Source: a bacterium
Lineage (GTDB): Bacteria > J088 > JAWLBW01
Length of the DNA: 64,000 nt
Assembly: GCA_041690355.1 (NCBI GenBank)
Contig: JAWLHK010000006.1
Span: 62,001-126,000 of the forward strand
Reading direction: 5' to 3'
The notes under the pieces were generated by a model. It was not told the DNA's origin, searched no databases, and saw only the letters and a list, made by a program, of their open reading frames with translations. A program made the position numbers and the translations under genes. Shown one piece after another: positions 37,933 to 46,242 of the stretch. Position 1 is the stretch's first letter. Each line of letters opens with the position of its first letter.

Positions 37933-38486
37933 CCCGCTTCCTCCCGAGGCGGAACCCGATAGCCGAACATGCGTCCGATGAGCCGCTCGAGATGGGCGAC
38001 GTCCCGCTCGACGGGAGCATTCCGATCGACCACGTGCAGGACGAGCGCGTCCGACTCGACCTCGGCGGTCAGCGTCCCGGGGAGCAGGCTGACTGCGTCG
38101 GCCAGAAAGACGCGCGTGCGGCGATCGGCCGCAATTTTGAACCGGTACCGGGTCAGCCCTGGATCGAGCGGCCGTGACGGGCGCATGGCGCGCCCGGCGA
38201 TGTCGATGCTGCCGGCCAGGGCCCGCCACAGGAAATACCCGGCGAAGGCGGGCCAGGCGGTCAGGCGCCACGCGCCCCTGCCGGGCGGGGTGAGCCGGAC
38301 GCTCAGCCATGTGGCCAGGACCATGACGGGGAGGCCCACGCCGAGCGAGTCGGGCCGGCCGTCGGCGAGCACGAGCCAGAGCAGCCCCAGGCTTGCGAAG
38401 CGTACGAGGGGTGCGCCCGCAGGCAAGCGGGGGCCCGGACTCTCCGCAGCGGGAGACTCAATGTTTTCTGACGGATTCTCGGCCAT
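37929..38486 (-). CDS. mrpE: Mrp antiporter subunit E
   Basis: SLLPGTL and LVLHV motifs. Confidence 0.85.
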   Translation of the reverse strand: MAENPSENIESPAAESPGPRLPAGAPLVRFASLGLLWLVLADGRPDSLGVGLPVMVLATWLSVRLTPPGRGAWRLTAWPAFAGYFLWRALAGSIDIAGRAMRPSRPLDPGLTRYRFKIAADRRTRVFLADAVSLLPGTLTAEVESDALVLHVVDRNAPVERDVAHLERLIGRMFGYRVPPREEAG

Positions 38487-38631
38487 GCTCCAGCGCTCAC
38501 GGGGAACTCTCCATCCATCGTAGATCGGCTGGGCGACCGGTCGGGTTACGATGGGGGGCTTACCGGCCCGTCGGGTTGCATTCCCCCGCAGACGGGTGAT
38601 AACCGGCGCCGGGTCGGGCGAAAGGCCGGGC

Positions 38632-39306
38632 TCAGGCCAGCGCGCGTGGCGAGAGGACGCCGGTCGAGATGGAGAGCGAATCCTCGATGCACCGGGCGAC
38701 GTGCCACCATCCGCTGGGGATGTAGAGCCAGTCGCCGGCCACGAGCGTGCAGGCGTGAACGGGCGACGTTTCTTTCTCGTACTTCAAGTTCCGCGGCATG
38801 TTGCGCAGGGTGGGGACCGGATTTACGGTGTTCTGCCGCAGGAAGTATTCCTTGACCCCGGCCGTCTGGACCAGAAAGACATCTTCGGCATCGTAGTGCC
38901 AGCCGAAGCTGTGCGTGCCCGCGGGGGTCACGAAGAGCTGAATCGTCGCCGGCCCGCCGACGTCGCGGGCGAAGGCTGCGGCCCACTTCCGCAGGTCTGG
39001 GTCGTGCCGCTCACCTTTGCGGATGACGAGCGAGATCCCTTCCGTGAAATCCCGCCTGACCTCGTCGAGCGAGTGGGGAACCGGACGCTCGACCAGCGCT
39101 CCGTTGCGCACGACGAGCGCGTCCGGCGCGGGCGGCGCCTGCAGGATGCGATCGAGCGTGCTCCACAGGAACAGGGGGACGGCGTCCGCAGCCGCATGCG
39201 GTTCGGCCATGGGGCCCCGGTGGAAGTGTTCGGCAAAGAACGCTTCCGCCGTCGTCTGCGTGAGCAACCTCGAGAGCACGTTGCTCCCTGAAAACTGAAT
39301 ACTCAA
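38632..39306 (-). CDS. JmjC/cupin 2-oxoglutarate-dependent oxygenase (short RoxA/YcfD-like)
   Basis: FGWHYD...VQTAGVK...GDWLYIPSGWWH (HxD...H triad). Confidence 0.8.
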   Translation of the reverse strand: MSIQFSGSNVLSRLLTQTTAEAFFAEHFHRGPMAEPHAAADAVPLFLWSTLDRILQAPPAPDALVVRNGALVERPVPHSLDEVRRDFTEGISLVIRKGERHDPDLRKWAAAFARDVGGPATIQLFVTPAGTHSFGWHYDAEDVFLVQTAGVKEYFLRQNTVNPVPTLRNMPRNLKYEKETSPVHACTLVAGDWLYIPSGWWHVARCIEDSLSISTGVLSPRALA

Positions 39307-39315
39307 CCTGAAGAC

Positions 39316-39939
39316 TCACTTGATCGCGACCAGCACATCCAGAATGAATTGTGCCGCGACGGCCGCCAGAACAATCCCCATGACGCGCGTGAGCACGTTA
39401 CGCCCGATGTGCCCGAGGCGATCCAGCAGGCGATCTGCGTAGCGGAGCGCGAGATACATGAAGAGCATGGCCACCGCAAGAACGCCGAGCAGGACGACGT
39501 ACTGCATCGTCCCCTTGGCCTGCTCGCCGAGGACGAGTGCCGTCGTGATGGAGCCCGGGCCGGCGATGAGCGGAATCGCGACGGGGAAAATGGCCACGTC
39601 TTCGCGCTCGATACTCTCGGTCTGTTCTTCTTTGCTCGTCTTGAACCGCAGGGGATTCGCGCGCAGCATGTCGAGCGCGATGAGAAAGAGGATGACGCCG
39701 CCTGCCAGGCGGAATGCCGGCACGGTGATGCCGAAGGCCTTGAACAGAAGCGACCCGACCAGAACACACACGGCCAGCACGACCAGCGCGATGGTTGCCG
39801 CGCGGCGGGCCACGGCGTGGGTCTGCCGGGGAGAGAGATCCTGGGTGAAGGCGACGAACTGGGGGAGGATGCCGAACGGGTTGAGAATGGGAATCCAGGT
39901 GCTCGCCGCGAGAAGCGTGAAATCGGTGAGGCCATCCAT
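39316..39939 (-). CDS. marC: MarC family membrane protein
   Basis: NPFG, FRLAGG and PVAIPLIAGPGSI. Confidence 0.9.
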   Translation of the reverse strand: MDGLTDFTLLAASTWIPILNPFGILPQFVAFTQDLSPRQTHAVARRAATIALVVLAVCVLVGSLLFKAFGITVPAFRLAGGVILFLIALDMLRANPLRFKTSKEEQTESIEREDVAIFPVAIPLIAGPGSITTALVLGEQAKGTMQYVVLLGVLAVAMLFMYLALRYADRLLDRLGHIGRNVLTRVMGIVLAAVAAQFILDVLVAIK

Positions 39940-39982
39940 GCAGTGGACAGCCTAACAGATTCCGCTCATGCATTCAGTGCAA

Positions 39983-40708
39983 TCAGGCGCCGATCGCATC
40001 GGGCGCGGCGAGCGGCCGCCAGACGCCGTCTTCGCCGAGCACCTCGGCCGGCCTGAAGGCAGATTTGTACTCCATGCTGGCCGATCCGGCGACGTAGTAG
40101 CCCAGGTAGACCCAGGTGCGCCGCAGGAGCCGCGCCTGCTCGATGGCCTGCAGGATAGCGAACGTGCCGAGGCCGCGCCCGGCGGCATCAGGGTCGTGAA
40201 AGTGGTAGACGGCCGAGAGGACCTGCGGCGTCAGATCGTTGAGAATGATTGCGCGCAGCCGCTCACCCTCCCAGACCGAGATCTCGACGGCGGGCAGGGG
40301 ATTGCGCAGGAACTGGAATTCGTATTCCTGCGGCGTGATGCGCTGTTCAGGCCAGCCTTTACGCCTTTGCTGGGTCAGGTGGTAACGATGGTACAGGTCG
40401 ATACGCGCGCGGTCGAGCACCGGGGGGCCGGCGACCACGCGCAGGTCGGCATTGCGCCGGAGCGTGCGCCGCTGCCCGCGGCCGGGGCTGAATTCGGCGA
40501 CGGCGATGCGGATGGGCCGGCATCCGGTGCAGCCCGTGCAGACGGGACGAAAGAGCAGCGGCCCGAACTTGCGCCAGGTGCGGTTCATGTGCGCTTCGTA
40601 TTCGTCACCGCTCAGCTCGCTCACCAGGCGATACTCCTGGCTTGAAAGCCTTTCGGGCAGGTACGGGCACTCCCGGGGACCGAGCGTAAACTGATCGAGC
40701 ACCTTCAC
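39983..40708 (-). CDS. bpt: Bacterial ATE1-like aminoacyl-tRNA-protein transferase (Bpt)
   Basis: CPYLP, FRPVCTGCTGC, SAVYHF, YLGYYV and MEYK motifs. Confidence 0.85.
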   Translation of the reverse strand: MKVLDQFTLGPRECPYLPERLSSQEYRLVSELSGDEYEAHMNRTWRKFGPLLFRPVCTGCTGCRPIRIAVAEFSPGRGQRRTLRRNADLRVVAGPPVLDRARIDLYHRYHLTQQRRKGWPEQRITPQEYEFQFLRNPLPAVEISVWEGERLRAIILNDLTPQVLSAVYHFHDPDAAGRGLGTFAILQAIEQARLLRRTWVYLGYYVAGSASMEYKSAFRPAEVLGEDGVWRPLAAPDAIGA

Positions 40709-40784
40709 GACGTTATTCTAGCCCATGGCAGGTCGAAAGAGCCCGGGGCAGAGCGGTCCACGGCTCGTGGACCGCTCCATTCGC

Positions 40785-43346
40785 CTATCGGGCGGCGACC
40801 GGATCGGGCTCGCCGCCGGGCAGCAGGTCGAAGCCGCCGGCCATCGCGTCGGCCCCCGGCACGAGCGTGTGGAACTCGCCGGCCATCCAGGCCTCGAGCA
40901 GGTCGGCATAGTGCGGGCTCTTCGGCCAGCCGCTGGCGCCCCCGGCGAGCGTATAGCGGCTGCGATGCGGATCCCCGAGGTCGACCACCAGCCGCACCGA
41001 CGGCCCCGCCATCGGGTGCATTTCGGTGCGATCCGAACGCAGGTACTGATTCTTGAAGACCGTCTCGGGAGCGCCGGCGCCGCGAAGCGGGTCGGCGTTG
41101 AAGACGCTGCCGAGCAGGCCGCCCCCCATGCCGAAGAAGTGCTTGAGCACGAAGGGGCGCACGTCGCCCCAGGCCCAGTCGGCGCTGTCGTCGCCGCGCC
41201 GGGCCCGCAGGTCCACCAGGGCAAGCCTGAAGGCCGAGCGGTAGGCGTCGTCGCGGGTCTCGACGGCCGGCGTGCGGGTATCATCCCACACGGCCGCATC
41301 TCCGGCTTCGTACCAGAGGCGTTCGGCATTCGTCTCGATGTGCGCCACTGACTGCACGAAGTTCCACGTTTCGCCATCGGCGCCGCCGGTCAGATCGTCG
41401 GCGAGCGCGACATCGAGAATGTGGTTCGAAAAGAGCATGAAAAGGCTCGCGGCGGGAGAGTCCGCGCTAACGCGGCCGTCCCACGCGCAGAAGAGGTCGG
41501 CGGCGGCGCGTTCAGCTTCGTCCATGCCGTCGCGGCCCGAGGCGCAGAGGGCGCTCTCGAGATCGGCGCGTACCTTGGGCCAGTACGCGATGCCGACGTC
41601 CATCTGCAGGGCCGTCATGTCGTCCATCGTCACGGGTGATTCGCGGCTCGAGAGATAGCCGGCGATGCGGGCCCAGCGGTTCGGCGGTGAGGAGTCGTTG
41701 TCATAGGGGGTGGGGAAGCGGCCGCGCGGGATGGGCTGGTTGTTGGCCGTCGCGATCCACCCCTGTTCCGGATTGATGGAGCGGGGGAGTTCACTCTTCT
41801 CGTAGATCCCCTGCCATTCATAGGCCGAAAGCCAGCCGGGGACGGGAAAGGTGCCGAGCGAAGCCGGACGCTTGGGAACACGGCAGGGGCTCGTCCACCC
41901 GATGTTCCCCGCGGTGTCGGCGACCACCCAGTTGATGCAGGCGGTATCGAAGGGCTGCATGGCGTCGACGTACTCGGTGACGGTGCGGGCCATGCCGGCG
42001 CGCTGCAGGGCAACGCTGTCACCCGCCGAGTCGAGCGCAACGGTGCGCAGGGCGGTGAGCGGAATGCGGCTGGCCAGAAACGGCTCGATGTCGTTGAGGA
42101 GCACACCGTGACGGGTCGCGCGCACGGTCTGGCTGACGACCTCGCCGTCTTTCGTGCGGAACTCTTCGGTGCGGATCTCGAAGGGGACGAAAGCGCCCTC
42201 GTATTCATACCCCTCCACGCCGTCCCTGGTCATCGGCTTCTCGACGTACAGATCCTGAAGGTCGACGTTATTGATGGTAGAACCCCAGGCGACGTGAAAG
42301 TTGTGGCCGACGAATACCCGGTGGGTGCCGACGAGCACGAAGCCCACAGTCTCGCCCGACGGCAGCTTCTGGTGCACGGGCCAGACGATCGGCGGGTTCA
42401 GGTGCGGCATGTGCGGATCGTTGGCCAGGAAGGGTTTTCCGGTAGACGTGTGCTTGCCCGAAACGACCCAGTTGTTGCTCGACTGAATCCCGCCTTCCCA
42501 CAGCTGGAGCGGATTGTACAGCGCAAGTTCTCCGCGGGGATGGCCCTGCGCCTGCGTGCCTTCGGGAGATGACTTCGGGCAGAGGTCCGCGAGCTCGGTC
42601 CGCAGCTCGGGCGCGACCGCATCGGGAACGGCGTGACCGCCGGCGCCCCAGGCGTCTTCGGGAAGATAGTATTCGGGAAAATCGATGCGGGTCGGCCAGA
42701 CGCGCTCCAGAGCATCGAAGCCGGTGTCGCAGGCGATCAGGAGGCGGCGGACCTCGCGGGAATAGTTGTGCGTGAGCCCGAACATGACGATGCGGAACAC
42801 GGCCATCGTGTCGGTCGCGTGCCAGAGAGCGATTTCGGTATCGAGCAGGCGGTGCTCGAGCGAACGCTGGTCGAGGGCAATCCACGCGTTGACCCCTGCC
42901 GCGAAGGCATCGAGGTTCGCCCGTTCGGCCGGGTCGAGCTGTTCGTAGATACGGCGCGCGTCGGCCTCGAAGCCGAGAAACCGGTTCATGCGGTCGAGGT
43001 CGAGCGCGCTTTTACCGCCCATCGGCACATTGCCCACCAGCTCGGCCAGGCGGCCGCGGGCCATGTGACGCAGGAAATCGAGCTGGAAGAGGCGGTCACG
43101 TGCCTGAAGAAACCCCTCGGCAAAGAAGAGGTCGGCCTCGTGCTGCGCCTCGATACGCGGAATTCCGTCGTTCGTGTAGGAGATGCGTACGGGAGCCGTG
43201 AGACCGGACAGCGTGTAGCTGTCGGCGTCATCGACTTCGGGATAATCGGGTGCAATCTGGTACCCGATCAGGCGGCCGGCAGCACAGGCGCTCAGTGTCG
43301 AAGCGAGCAGAAGCGAAGCGAAAACGAGGGTGAGGGTCCGGGGCAT
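40785..43346 (-). CDS. Penicillin acylase family Ntn-hydrolase (likely lipoprotein)
   Basis: QARDRLFQ, SNNWVV (Ser nucleophile), ANDPH and TANN; signal ending LSAC. Confidence 0.9.
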   Translation of the reverse strand: MPRTLTLVFASLLLASTLSACAAGRLIGYQIAPDYPEVDDADSYTLSGLTAPVRISYTNDGIPRIEAQHEADLFFAEGFLQARDRLFQLDFLRHMARGRLAELVGNVPMGGKSALDLDRMNRFLGFEADARRIYEQLDPAERANLDAFAAGVNAWIALDQRSLEHRLLDTEIALWHATDTMAVFRIVMFGLTHNYSREVRRLLIACDTGFDALERVWPTRIDFPEYYLPEDAWGAGGHAVPDAVAPELRTELADLCPKSSPEGTQAQGHPRGELALYNPLQLWEGGIQSSNNWVVSGKHTSTGKPFLANDPHMPHLNPPIVWPVHQKLPSGETVGFVLVGTHRVFVGHNFHVAWGSTINNVDLQDLYVEKPMTRDGVEGYEYEGAFVPFEIRTEEFRTKDGEVVSQTVRATRHGVLLNDIEPFLASRIPLTALRTVALDSAGDSVALQRAGMARTVTEYVDAMQPFDTACINWVVADTAGNIGWTSPCRVPKRPASLGTFPVPGWLSAYEWQGIYEKSELPRSINPEQGWIATANNQPIPRGRFPTPYDNDSSPPNRWARIAGYLSSRESPVTMDDMTALQMDVGIAYWPKVRADLESALCASGRDGMDEAERAAADLFCAWDGRVSADSPAASLFMLFSNHILDVALADDLTGGADGETWNFVQSVAHIETNAERLWYEAGDAAVWDDTRTPAVETRDDAYRSAFRLALVDLRARRGDDSADWAWGDVRPFVLKHFFGMGGGLLGSVFNADPLRGAGAPETVFKNQYLRSDRTEMHPMAGPSVRLVVDLGDPHRSRYTLAGGASGWPKSPHYADLLEAWMAGEFHTLVPGADAMAGGFDLLPGGEPDPVAAR

Positions 43347-43447
43347 CGTGGCCTCTCGCGGGGAAAGAATTGCAGCTCAGTTAAACAAACAGTTGAGAGA
43401 CAGCTTACCAGAGCGGATGCTCCGTTGCAGCCCGGGATCCGCTTCCC

Positions 43448-43481
43448 TTGACTAGAATACGATTCTAGAATACAATTCTAG
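43448..43481 (+). promoter_or_regulatory. tetR promoter overlapped by tandem palindromic operators
   Basis: TTGACT-17-TACAAT; CTAGAAT-acg-ATTCTAG and CTAGAAT-aca-ATTCTAG share a CTAG. Confidence 0.8.
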
Positions 43482-43483
43482 GC

Positions 43484-44107
43484 ATGCGGACGGACAATGG
43501 CGGCGGACGTCGAGAGACCGAAATTCTGCAGGGAGCGCTGCGGTGCTTTCTTGCGAAAGGGTATGACGCCGCTTCGCTTGAAGACATCCGCTTGGCTTCG
43601 GGGGCGAGCATCGGCAGTATCTACCACCACTTTGCTGGCAAGGAGGCCATTGCCGGCGCGCTGTATGTGTACTGCCTGCGCGACTACGGCCGCTGGGTGC
43701 GGGAGGCCTGCGAAACCCCCGCTCCGCGCAGCGCGCGCGGGTTCGTGCGGCAGCTCGTGCGCGCCCATCTCGGCTACGTGCAGCGCTTTTCCGATCGCGC
43801 TGCGTACCTGGCCGAGTGGCGGTCGGCTGCAACGACGCGCGCCGTCGAAGACGAAATTGCCGCAGCCAACCGTGATCTCTTCGGCTGGTTCCTCGCGGGT
43901 CTCGAGGCCTGGACCCCCGCCTTGCGCCGTCTACCTGTCGAGCTCGCCTATGTCATTCTGCTTGGTCCCGCGCAGGAGTATGCCCGGCTGTGGCTGCGCT
44001 CCGGCCAGCGGTGGGACCTGTCGGCCGCGGCCGAAGAACTCGCATCGGCCGCCTGGAGAGCGGTCTCTGTCGGCCACCGGGAACCGGAAAAGAGGAGTCG
44101 CGCATGA
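43484..44107 (+). CDS. TetR/AcrR family regulator
   Basis: KGYDAASLEDI...GSIYHHFAGKE helix-turn-helix. Confidence 0.92.
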   Translation: MRTDNGGGRRETEILQGALRCFLAKGYDAASLEDIRLASGASIGSIYHHFAGKEAIAGALYVYCLRDYGRWVREACETPAPRSARGFVRQLVRAHLGYVQRFSDRAAYLAEWRSAATTRAVEDEIAAANRDLFGWFLAGLEAWTPALRRLPVELAYVILLGPAQEYARLWLRSGQRWDLSAAAEELASAAWRAVSVGHREPEKRSRA

Positions 44108-44628
44108 ATGTCACGAACGTTCTTCCGAATTCGGCGGCAGCGTCTCATCCGCTGCCGCCGCACCCGCGCGAGCACTGGAAGGCGCGGCTGCGGCGGTGGG
44201 CGTTCAATTGGTTTCCCGCCTTCTGGGGCACCGGCGCGCGCCTCATCTATCTGGAAGAGCGCTTCCGCGAAATTCGTCTCGCGCTGCCGCTGACCCTGCG
44301 TACGCGCAACTACGTCGGCACGATCTTCGGCGGCTCGATGTTCGCCGCGTGCGACCCGATCTTGATGGTCATGCTCATCGAGCGCCTCGGGCGCGGGTTC
44401 GTCGTCTGGGACAAGGCCGGAACCATCCGCTTCCGCAAACCGGGGCGCACGACGTTGTACGCCCGGTTCCTGCTGCCCGACGACGAGCTGGAGAAAATCC
44501 GTTCGCAAGCGGAACGGGAGGGGCGCGTCGAGCGGGTCTTCACCGTCGATCTGGTCGACGCTGCGGGGCTCGTGCACGCCTCGATTGAGAAGACGATTGT
44601 AATCAAGGTTAAGGCGAGCTGTGCATAA
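44104..44628 (+). CDS. Hotdog-fold thioesterase (DUF4442/PaaI-like)
   Basis: RNYVGTIFGGSMFAACDP and VWDKAGTIRF; ATGA overlap with tetR. Confidence 0.85.
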   Translation: MNVTNVLPNSAAASHPLPPHPREHWKARLRRWAFNWFPAFWGTGARLIYLEERFREIRLALPLTLRTRNYVGTIFGGSMFAACDPILMVMLIERLGRGFVVWDKAGTIRFRKPGRTTLYARFLLPDDELEKIRSQAEREGRVERVFTVDLVDAAGLVHASIEKTIVIKVKASCA

Positions 44629-44630
44629 CG

Positions 44631-44730
44631 GGTCGCTGGGCGCTTGGACTTGGAGGCCCTTGCCGGTAATTCGTCAATCGTAGATTGTCAATCGTCAATT
44701 CTCGTCACTCGTCGCTCGACACTCGTCACT
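44631..44730. repeat. Compound heptamer arrays between convergent genes
   Basis: ggtcgct gggcgct; cgtcaat cgtagat tgtcaat cgtcaat; ctcgtca ctcgtcg ctcgaca ctcgtca. Confidence 0.85.
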
Positions 44731-45384
44731 TCGATAATAGGTGCCGAGAATCCAGTCGAAGAGCGGTACGGTCACGTTGAAGTTCCAACCCTGCATGAGG
44801 CGCGGATCGTGATGGAGCGCGTGATGATGGCGCAGGAAGCGGATGATGCGCATCCGGCCGATGAACGAATCCTCGGCCAGATGGTAGCTGAGGTGCGTCA
44901 GTTCGTAGAGCACCATATAGGTCGAGGCGGTCACCAGGTACAGCCAGCCGGTGTTGGGTGTCAGCAGCATGCCGAGGACAACGGCAGGCGGCGCCGCGGC
45001 GACGACAATGCTCAGGACCCCGAGTGCGGGAATGAGCACCAGGCGGAACTCCCGGCGGCTGCGCATCGTCATGTCCTCGGTGACATAGATACCGTGGTGC
45101 ATCGGGGTGTGCTGCTGGTAAATGTACTCCAGCGGCCAGAAGCGCCGGTGCAGGACGTACTTGTGAACGCGCCATTCGAAGAAATTGGCGAAGAGAAACA
45201 CGGCCGGAATCGTCAGCCATTCCACCGGCCGGACCGCCTGAATGTTGAGGACGGCAATGACGAGCGTCACGATGCCGACGCCCGTGGTGCCGGCGAGGTG
45301 GAGCCAGGGGTTGTACCAGCTCGGGATCCGCTCCAGCTCCTCGGCCCGTTTCCGCTCGCGGGCGGCCTGGGGAAGAGTGCTCAT
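44695..45384 (-). CDS. Fatty-acid hydroxylase/sterol desaturase family protein
   Basis: EWRVHKYVLH, HTPMHH, YELTHLSYH and HHALHH boxes; FNVTVPLFD. Confidence 0.85.
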   Translation of the reverse strand: MSTLPQAARERKRAEELERIPSWYNPWLHLAGTTGVGIVTLVIAVLNIQAVRPVEWLTIPAVFLFANFFEWRVHKYVLHRRFWPLEYIYQQHTPMHHGIYVTEDMTMRSRREFRLVLIPALGVLSIVVAAAPPAVVLGMLLTPNTGWLYLVTASTYMVLYELTHLSYHLAEDSFIGRMRIIRFLRHHHALHHDPRLMQGWNFNVTVPLFDWILGTYYRSDECRATSDEN

Positions 45385-45533
45385 GAGGAGACATTATCAC
45401 GGGCGGGTCCTTGCGAACAACGTTCGCCATGCAGGGCGCCGCGGGAACGCCGCTCCTGCGAATGTGCGCTCCATCACAGGCCGGCATCGCTCAGGGCGGG
45501 TACAATAACGGTTTCCTGATTCCAGAGGGGGCG

Positions 45534-46238
45534 ATGGAACCCATCATTCAGATTGAGAACGTCGAAAAGGAATTTCCGCTCGGCCGCGTCGTCGTACGGG
45601 CGCTGCGCGGTGTGAGCCTGACCATCGAAAAGGGCGAATTCACGGCCATCGCCGGTCCTTCGGGCAGCGGCAAGACGACCATGCTGAACCTGATCGGCTG
45701 CATCGACGTCCCCACCCGCGGGCGCGTGCTGGTCGACGGCGCCTCGACGGCCGAGATGTCCGATCGCCAGCTGACCGACCTGCGCCTGCACAAGCTCGGC
45801 TTCATCTTCCAGAGCTTCAATCTGGTGCCCGTGCTCACCATGTTCCAGAACATCGAGCTGCCGCTGCTGTTGCAGGGCGGGTTGACCAAGGGCGAACGGG
45901 AGGCGCGCGTACACGAGCTGGTGGAGCGGGTGGGCCTGCTCTCCCATATCCATCACAAACCGCTGGAGCTCTCGGGCGGTCAGCGTCAGCGCGTGGCCAT
46001 CGCCCGGGCATTGGTCACCCGGCCACGCATCGTGCTCGCCGACGAGCCGACCGCGAACCTGGACTCGAAGACGGGCGAGAACATCATCGACCTGATGCGC
46101 GAGATGCATCGCCGCGACCAGACGACGTTCATCTTCTCGACCCACGACCCCAAGGTCATGCGTCTTGCCGAGCGCGTCGTACGCCTGGTCGACGGAGAGA
46201 TTGCCGAGGACGTTCGCGAACCGGTTACCCAAGGGTGA
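45534..46238 (+). CDS. ABC transporter ATP-binding protein (LolD/MacB-like)
   Basis: GPSGSGKT, LSGGQRQR and LADEPTANLD. Confidence 0.93.
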   Translation: MEPIIQIENVEKEFPLGRVVVRALRGVSLTIEKGEFTAIAGPSGSGKTTMLNLIGCIDVPTRGRVLVDGASTAEMSDRQLTDLRLHKLGFIFQSFNLVPVLTMFQNIELPLLLQGGLTKGEREARVHELVERVGLLSHIHHKPLELSGGQRQRVAIARALVTRPRIVLADEPTANLDSKTGENIIDLMREMHRRDQTTFIFSTHDPKVMRLAERVVRLVDGEIAEDVREPVTQG

Positions 46239-46242
46239 GGGC

